Of a DNA stretch of 64,000 nt, positions 58,756 to 64,000 are shown piece by piece (within the stretch, counting starts at the first letter, position 1; every line of letters starts with the position of its first letter). The notes beneath the pieces are model-generated. The model was given only the letters and a program-made list of their open reading frames with translations, ran no database searches and had not been told where the DNA came from. The stretch is taken from assembly GCA_016188545.1 (NCBI GenBank), contig JACPHO010000002.1, positions 13-64,012 of the forward strand. The letters are read 5' to 3'. Source of the stretch: Candidatus Shapirobacteria bacterium (lineage in GTDB: Bacteria; Patescibacteriota; Microgenomatia; UBA12405). Both the position numbers and the translations under genes were made by a program.

Positions 58756-59081
58756 ATGATACATATTTGTTCGCTTCAATTTAGACAGTCCAAGGACGCC
58801 GTCAATGGCGGAAGCTTTGGTGCCAATTACACCAAACCCGAGGACGCATATGGAGATACTGTCTAAGAATAGGACGAATTGAATTAGATAAGCCTCCGAA
58901 AGGAGGCTTTTTTAGTAACTTTTTCCCAATAAAAATACTTGATCCCCTTTTTCGGAGGTTTTTCCAACTCAATCCTGAGTAATCAGGAGACTGTTCTGGG
59001 AAATAGTCAGAGTTGAGAAACGTAAAACCGATGGTTAACGTTTCGTGCGCGTACGTTAAAAATTTGAAAAAGGAGAAAACG
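58756..59081 (+). promoter_or_regulatory. Long structured leader/attenuator of the MFS gene (uORF 58756-58866, terminator 58890-58912)
   Basis: TTAGACAGT/ACTGTCTAA closing stem, internal hairpins, AAGCCTCC GAAA GGAGGCTT TTT and a downstream three-way junction at 58965-59015. Confidence 0.7.
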
Positions 59082-60239
59082 ATGAACAAAACAACTGAAA
59101 AAGCGTTTGTGGTCGCCAAAATTTTGGAGTCCACTTCTGCTGCCTGGTTTTTTGGAACATACATTTTGTTCCTTCAAGGACTAGGGATCGATCTACTGTC
59201 AGCTAGTCTTCTGAACAGTATCTTCATGGGACTATCATCGGTACTGGACCCTTTCACGGGAAACTTAGGTGACCGGATTGGACAAAAAAGAATCTACCTG
59301 TTTGGTTTACTAATGTGGTCACTGAGCCATATAGTCTACTGGATGTCAGGTGGATTCTGGGGGTGTGCTGTGGCTGAGATAATCGGAGCGGTGGGACTAG
59401 CTTCCCGTTCGGAAGCACTAGAAAGCTGGCTACGTAACCATAGTACCGAGGAGAAAACCCACAAAGCGATGGCTCAAGGGGCTTACTACGGTAGACTAGC
59501 AACAATTCCAACAGCAATACTAGGTGGAATAATCGGGGCTAGATGGGGATTGGAATGGCCTTGGTTGATATCTGGAGTCACTGGAATTATGGCGATGGTG
59601 ATGATTGGTATCTGGTTAAAAGATATTCCGGAAAAGCCAATAGATCACGTAGCCACAAGTTCAGATCTACAAATCTGGAATATTGCCAAGGATGCGTGGA
59701 AAGATCCTATTTTGCGAAGAACATTCATATTCACTGCACTGATGGTGGCCTGTTTTCAGCCATTTAATATGTTTTGGCCGGTGATCTTTCGGGATGCTAC
59801 CGGACAAGCACAGTGGCTGGGATCAATGTGGATTGGAATAGCCCTAGCATCAGCCTTAGGAAGTAAACTCGCCGAAAAATGGGTGATAAATTCTAAAGGA
59901 TTGGCAGTGATTGTCCTAAGTATTGGGATTCCAATGCTTCTTACACCAATTAGAGGCAGCTGGATTATTATGCTACTGATTCCGTTTGTAATTCACGAAA
60001 TTGGACGGAGTATGTGGCTACCAATACTGTGGAGTTATACCAACCGCAGAATCAGCAACCATATCAGGACATCGGTGAACTCTCTTCGGTCTAGTGCCGG
60101 TACAACAGGAGCAGTCTTAGGACTACTGGTGTCCGGAGCCCTAACCAAATTGATAACACCAACCCAAGTATGGGGAGTGTCGGCAGTAGTGCTGATATTA
60201 GTCGCCTATTGGGTTTATGGATGGAATCATGATGTGTAG
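59082..60239 (+). CDS. MFS transporter (start MNKTT, SD AAGGAG)
   Basis: DPFTGNLGDRIGQK, SEALESW and RTSVNSL motifs. Confidence 0.9.
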   Translation: MNKTTEKAFVVAKILESTSAAWFFGTYILFLQGLGIDLLSASLLNSIFMGLSSVLDPFTGNLGDRIGQKRIYLFGLLMWSLSHIVYWMSGGFWGCAVAEIIGAVGLASRSEALESWLRNHSTEEKTHKAMAQGAYYGRLATIPTAILGGIIGARWGLEWPWLISGVTGIMAMVMIGIWLKDIPEKPIDHVATSSDLQIWNIAKDAWKDPILRRTFIFTALMVACFQPFNMFWPVIFRDATGQAQWLGSMWIGIALASALGSKLAEKWVINSKGLAVIVLSIGIPMLLTPIRGSWIIMLLIPFVIHEIGRSMWLPILWSYTNRRISNHIRTSVNSLRSSAGTTGAVLGLLVSGALTKLITPTQVWGVSAVVLILVAYWVYGWNHDV

Positions 60240-60306
60240 TTACGAGACTGGTATCCCAGTACCAGTCTCGGGTAAGTCAAGATGATTTGTTTCCGGAACC
60301 AAAAAT

Positions 60307-60777
60307 ATGTTAGTATTGCTAAATATGGATACACTTAATAAATTCCCATTTGATGCTGATGCTGTGGCAGATTTTAGTTTTGATTTAACTAAAACTGATG
60401 CTCAGGGTAAGGCTGAGTTTAAAAACTTATTTAATAGCTTGGTTCAGGTTAGTCAAAACAAAACTGTCAGAGTAGAGAGATGGACTCATCCAGCAGGTGA
60501 AGATGGCAAATGGGATCGAGTTGGCGGTGCATACCTAGGTAATCAGGTAGAGGTTGGTCAAAACAATGATCAATTAGCGATAGTTCTACAAGATGACGGT
60601 AGTGTAACTAGAATACCTGCTGGAAGAATGGATGGTGAATCTAACTTTCAAAGCTATGGAAACGATGGTTTGGCCATTGGGTGGAATGAAGATGATGGAT
60701 CGAGAAGTGGACTGACTTTTGTACCAGAGAATTTTGCACCAGACACAAGACCAATACCCGAACCTTCCCAACAATAA
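60307..60777 (+). CDS. Hypothetical protein (start possibly 60325)
   Basis: ORF followed by a terminator. Confidence 0.65.
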   Translation: MLVLLNMDTLNKFPFDADAVADFSFDLTKTDAQGKAEFKNLFNSLVQVSQNKTVRVERWTHPAGEDGKWDRVGGAYLGNQVEVGQNNDQLAIVLQDDGSVTRIPAGRMDGESNFQSYGNDGLAIGWNEDDGSRSGLTFVPENFAPDTRPIPEPSQQ

Positions 60778-60787
60778 TTTTTAAGTT

Positions 60788-60815
60788 AAACCCGCCGATG
60801 TGGCGGGTTTTTTTT
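60788..60815 (+). terminator. Intrinsic terminator
   Basis: AAACCCGCC GATGT GGCGGGTTTTTTTT. Confidence 0.85.
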
Positions 60816-60871
60816 GTTTACGTGTACCTGCTTTTCCACCTACGCTTTATAAAAAGACATAAGTGGACCGA

Positions 60872-60899
60872 TCCGCCTACGCTATTGCTACGGCGGACA
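60872..60899 (+). repeat. REP-like palindrome
   Basis: TCCGCCTACGC TATT GCTACGGCGGACA. Confidence 0.75.
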
Positions 60900-60910
60900 T
60901 AGGAGAATAT

Positions 60911-61012
60911 CTATTCATCACCGCAATTGCAGTGACAGTTGCCACCACAGCAACCACCTTCAGTGGATTCTGGAGTTGTAGTGACTTTTTGATCGGTCTT
61001 TTTGTTGGTCAT
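60911..61012 (-). CDS. 33-aa Cys-rich peptide, metallothionein-like (not in the ORF track)
   Basis: MTNKKTDQKVTTTPESTEGGCCGGNCHCNCGDE; upstream TTGACA-16-TACAAT promoter. Confidence 0.65.
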   Translation of the reverse strand: MTNKKTDQKVTTTPESTEGGCCGGNCHCNCGDE

Positions 61013-61033
61013 GTTTTATTAATTAATAGTTAC

Positions 61034-61043
61034 TACAATTGTA
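61034..61043. promoter_or_regulatory. CopY/BlaI-type operator TACA-AT-TGTA overlapping the -10 of the Cys-rich peptide gene
   Basis: Perfect palindrome TACTACAATTGTAGTA. Confidence 0.75.
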
Positions 61044-61078
61044 GTAGATATGGAATTAATGTCAAGACTTAAAAAAAA

Positions 61079-61849
61079 CTAAACCTCGTGATAGTACTCA
61101 AAAAGTTGGAAAGAATAGGCAAACCAAAGCGGGAGAAGGCGGGGAACACCGGAGCGGAAAGAATTGAACTGACTGCGATGGGCATAGACTGAACGGATGC
61201 GAGTAATAAAACTAGTATCTATGTAGACTTTTAGATTGGGCGTGGTGCGTTTTTCTAGGAAAGACTGGTCGGTGGCCATATGGGTAGGGAGATTAATCAT
61301 GGATAATAATTTTTGAGGAAGGGTGGTGTACCACAGGGCAGTGGTGGAGTACTTGTCTTTGACAAGAGCAGTAACTATCTCGGAAACAACAACATGATCT
61401 GGGTGTCCATAGAGACCTGAGAGGTCGTAGGTAATGACGAGATCGGGCTGGAGTTCGTTAATTTTATTATCGATAAAATTTGACAAGCGATTACGATCGG
61501 AGGTGAGACTGCCGTCAACAAAATCAGCATTGATAAGATGTTTGATACCGATAATATCAGCAGATTTTTGTAGTTCTTGTTCCCTAATTTGGCGTAGATC
61601 TCCGGCTTGACCACTGGCGTTTTCACCAGCACCACCGTGAGTAAGAGTAAGAAGATAACTTTCGCCCGAAAACTGGTTTAATAGACCGGAAACAGTGAGC
61701 GATTCGTCGTCAGGATGGGGTAAAATTACAAGAATTTTTCTGATGTTTTTTGGGGAGCGGGAAGGTATTGAGAGGTCATTGGCTTTGAAAAAGCCAACGA
61801 GCCAGAGACAAATAAAAAAAATTAAGATGCCGATAGGAAGATAGTTCAC
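61079..61849 (-). CDS. PIG-L/LmbE family deacetylase
   Basis: PHPDDE, GLYGHPDH and AHRSQ motifs. Confidence 0.92.
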   Translation of the reverse strand: MNYLPIGILIFFICLWLVGFFKANDLSIPSRSPKNIRKILVILPHPDDESLTVSGLLNQFSGESYLLTLTHGGAGENASGQAGDLRQIREQELQKSADIIGIKHLINADFVDGSLTSDRNRLSNFIDNKINELQPDLVITYDLSGLYGHPDHVVVSEIVTALVKDKYSTTALWYTTLPQKLLSMINLPTHMATDQSFLEKRTTPNLKVYIDTSFITRIRSVYAHRSQFNSFRSGVPRLLPLWFAYSFQLFEYYHEV

Positions 61850-61864
61850 TTATCTATTTTAACA

Positions 61865-62458
61865 GTGGTATCTTTGGTAGTGAAGAAAAGTAAGAATAGC
61901 TACAAAGAGTGGTTGAAAAAGGGGGTGCCAGCAATATTGATCCCGGGGATAATATTTGCATCGATGTATGGAGTAAGAAATATTAATAAAATTGGAAATT
62001 ATTACGAAGATGAAAAGATATTTCCTAAAAGTGGAATGGTATTGGAAGTTGAGGATGGGGACACTTTTAGACTAGATAGCGGACAGGTGGTAAGAATGAT
62101 AGGGGTAAATGCACCCGACAGAGGAAAGGATGGCTATGAGACCGCGAAAGATGGACTCAGAAAAATAACTGAAAAACAAAAAATATGGCTGGAATATGAC
62201 AGGTACCAGGATGACAAATATGGACGGATATTGGCGTGGGTGTGGGTGGATTGTGAGACTGATATGGTTAAAATGCCACCGGCTGACTATATGCATCTAA
62301 GCGGCAAACAGTCGAGGGAATATGTGACGACAAACCCGAATGGGTGCAGCAAAGGAAAGATGGTGAACAGAGAAATGGTCAAAAATGGTAACGCTGAGAT
62401 GGTGAGTTATGAAAAAAGAGGAAGGTTGAAGTATGAACTGATATCAGAGAATGAGTAA
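61865..62458 (+). CDS. Thermonuclease (SNase) family protein
   Basis: EDGDTF, VRMIGVNAP and DKYGRILA motifs. Confidence 0.9.
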   Translation: MVSLVVKKSKNSYKEWLKKGVPAILIPGIIFASMYGVRNINKIGNYYEDEKIFPKSGMVLEVEDGDTFRLDSGQVVRMIGVNAPDRGKDGYETAKDGLRKITEKQKIWLEYDRYQDDKYGRILAWVWVDCETDMVKMPPADYMHLSGKQSREYVTTNPNGCSKGKMVNREMVKNGNAEMVSYEKRGRLKYELISENE

Positions 62459-62477
62459 TCAGGGTTAAAATTAACAG

Positions 62478-63188
62478 ATGAAGATAACTGTCGCACAATA
62501 CATACACGACGAGATGGTAAAACTGGAGAACGAAAAAACCAGGGAAAGTAGTAAGCGATTTTTTAAGGAAGCAGTGAAGGTACATGGGGTGTTGTCGAGC
62601 GTGAGTAAAGAAATTTGGAAGACCGTGAAAGAAATGGCCAAGCCTCTTAGTAAGGATGAAGTGTTTGCCAATTGTGAGGAGCTATTTAAATCTGGATTTT
62701 GCGAGGAAGGATGGATGGCGGCAAATTTGGCTTATGAAAAACGAAATGAATATATTGAAAAAGATATGGATGTTTTTGAAAAATGGGTCAGTGAATATGT
62801 GGACGACTTGGCAAAATGTGATACATTGTGCAACCACACGATAGCAAGTCTCGTTGACAAATATCCAAAACTAATTAGTCGATTAAAAAGGTGGGCACAC
62901 TCCCCTAATCGCTGGGTAAAAAGGGCAGCGGCAGTGACTTTGATAATTCCAGCCAGAGAAGGGAGATATCTCTCTGACATTTTTGAAATAGCCGACACTA
63001 TGCTACTGGATAGTGATGATATGGTGCAAAAAGGCTATGGGTGGATGCTAAAAGCTGCCTCACAGTGCCACCAAAAAGAAGTGTTTGACTATGTGATGAA
63101 AAACAAGGCAGTTATGCCTCGAACGGCACTAAGATACGCGATTGAAAAGATGCCAAAGGAATTGAAAACGAAAGCTGTGGGGAAGTAA
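62478..63188 (+). CDS. DNA alkylation repair protein (AlkD-like HEAT repeat)
   Basis: CDTLC, W..S.NRW.KR, DMVQKGYGWML and MPRTALRYAIEK motifs. Confidence 0.9.
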   Translation: MKITVAQYIHDEMVKLENEKTRESSKRFFKEAVKVHGVLSSVSKEIWKTVKEMAKPLSKDEVFANCEELFKSGFCEEGWMAANLAYEKRNEYIEKDMDVFEKWVSEYVDDLAKCDTLCNHTIASLVDKYPKLISRLKRWAHSPNRWVKRAAAVTLIIPAREGRYLSDIFEIADTMLLDSDDMVQKGYGWMLKAASQCHQKEVFDYVMKNKAVMPRTALRYAIEKMPKELKTKAVGK

Positions 63189-63232
63189 AACTGTTGTAGA
63201 ATTAGGTGACAGATTATTAAACAATAGAATCT

Positions 63233-63499
63233 ATGATAAAACACAGAGTTTTGGCGACTTCAGCATCAATTGTTATGTTCTTCTACTATCTGTTTTGCAG
63301 TGTGGTGACAATATTGCTTCCTGACTTCTCGTTTGGAATGTACGCCCTGTCTTTTCATGGTATTAGGATAAACAATTTACAGGCGTCGGTGCTGACGGTA
63401 CCGGAAATGTTGGTAGGCGCTACTTTTTATGCAGGAATGGTTTGGATACTCGTTTGTTCGGTAGGTTGGGTTTACGAGAGGCTAAGTAGTCGAAAATGA
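63233..63499 (+). CDS. Small membrane protein (DUF5676-like)
   Basis: YLFC...FHGI with 2 TM. Confidence 0.65.
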   Translation: MIKHRVLATSASIVMFFYYLFCSVVTILLPDFSFGMYALSFHGIRINNLQASVLTVPEMLVGATFYAGMVWILVCSVGWVYERLSSRK

Positions 63500-63503
63500 C
63501 ATT

Positions 63504-64000
63504 GTGAATAATGAAAGATATTGGCAAATTGACGCCTTAAGAGGAGTGGCAATAGCAGGAATGGTAATATATCACTTTTTAGTGGATCTTGAGATGATAT
63601 TTCAAGTCCCAATAGGGGTATATAAATTCCCTGTGGTGATTTTGGCGAGAATTACTGCGATATTATTTATTGCTTTAGCTGGGATATCCGCAAGTGTTAA
63701 GTTTGAAAGGATTAGAAGCGTTGGATCAAGAGCGGTTTGGCTGAGTTATGGTAAAAGGGCATTAGAAATACTGTTTTGGGCTGGGATAGTTAGCGCAGTG
63801 ACTTATATAATGTTTCCTGGAGAGACTGTGGTGATGGGCATACTACATTTTTTGGGATTATCAACGTTGTTGATAGTACCCCTGTTGTATATAAAGAATA
63901 ACTTGTGGATAGGAATAATGGCTTTAGTTACATTTGTTTTGGCAATATTTATCCCAAATATAGTAGCTACACATTATTGGCTAATACCTCTTGGAATAGT
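63504..64000 (+). CDS. DUF1624/heparan-alpha-glucosaminide N-acetyltransferase-like membrane protein (partial)
   Basis: RYWQIDALRGVAIAGMVIYH..DL, FIALAGIS and GILHFLG; runs off the window end. Confidence 0.88.
   Translation, partial: MNNERYWQIDALRGVAIAGMVIYHFLVDLEMIFQVPIGVYKFPVVILARITAILFIALAGISASVKFERIRSVGSRAVWLSYGKRALEILFWAGIVSAVTYIMFPGETVVMGILHFLGLSTLLIVPLLYIKNNLWIGIMALVTFVLAIFIPNIVATHYWLIPLGI

Noticed and set aside
58781..58866. SAM-I, ZTP or guanidine-II riboswitch
   Set aside because: Only fragments match (GGTGCCAATT, TGGCGGAAG, GGACG); the required P1 AUC/GAU, pseudoknot or ACGR loops are missing.
58965..59015. Three-way junction as a second hammerhead
   Set aside because: CUGAGUA/CUGACUA do not fit CUGANGA, and the bases are paired in stems; no GAAA/NUH is in register.
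1..64000. Alternative genetic code (TGA=Gly as in Gracilibacteria/SR1)
   Set aside because: Long genes translate intact under code 11, and several end in TGA at their expected C-termini.

Overview
This is a gene-dense, AT-rich bacterial chromosome segment using genetic code 11. It most resembles a Patescibacteria/CPR (Microgenomates-like) genome, which I infer from the gene families, REP-like palindromes and pervasive leaderless gene starts. It carries four tRNAs (Arg-GCG, Ser-GCT, Arg-CCG, Ser-GGA), a few housekeeping genes (pyk, rnhB, trmH, pepF) and many stress or drug-resistance-type genes (five MFS paralogues, ABC-F, a DrrC/UvrA2-like protein, MerR, GNAT, VOC, an AlkD-like protein). Six observations stand out. 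(1) A canonical type III hammerhead ribozyme is fused to a 62-nt rod hairpin directly downstream of a foreign-looking four-gene operon (Gly/Asp-tailed membrane protein, DUF4178-like, DUF350-like, membrane-anchored PspA/ESCRT-III-like). (2) An accessory region after tRNA-Ser(GGA) has one of two short direct-repeat families right at a stop codon at every gene-module boundary, which is cassette-like but has no attC site or integrase. (3) Two NOX/ferric-reductase modules occur with surface cytochrome-b5-like proteins. (4) A three-site CopY-type TACAnnTGTA regulon includes an unannotated Cys-rich peptide. (5) Two MFS genes have leader-ORF/antiterminator attenuators. (6) Several genes are broken at homopolymer runs. 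All family calls are by motif recognition only; no searches were run.
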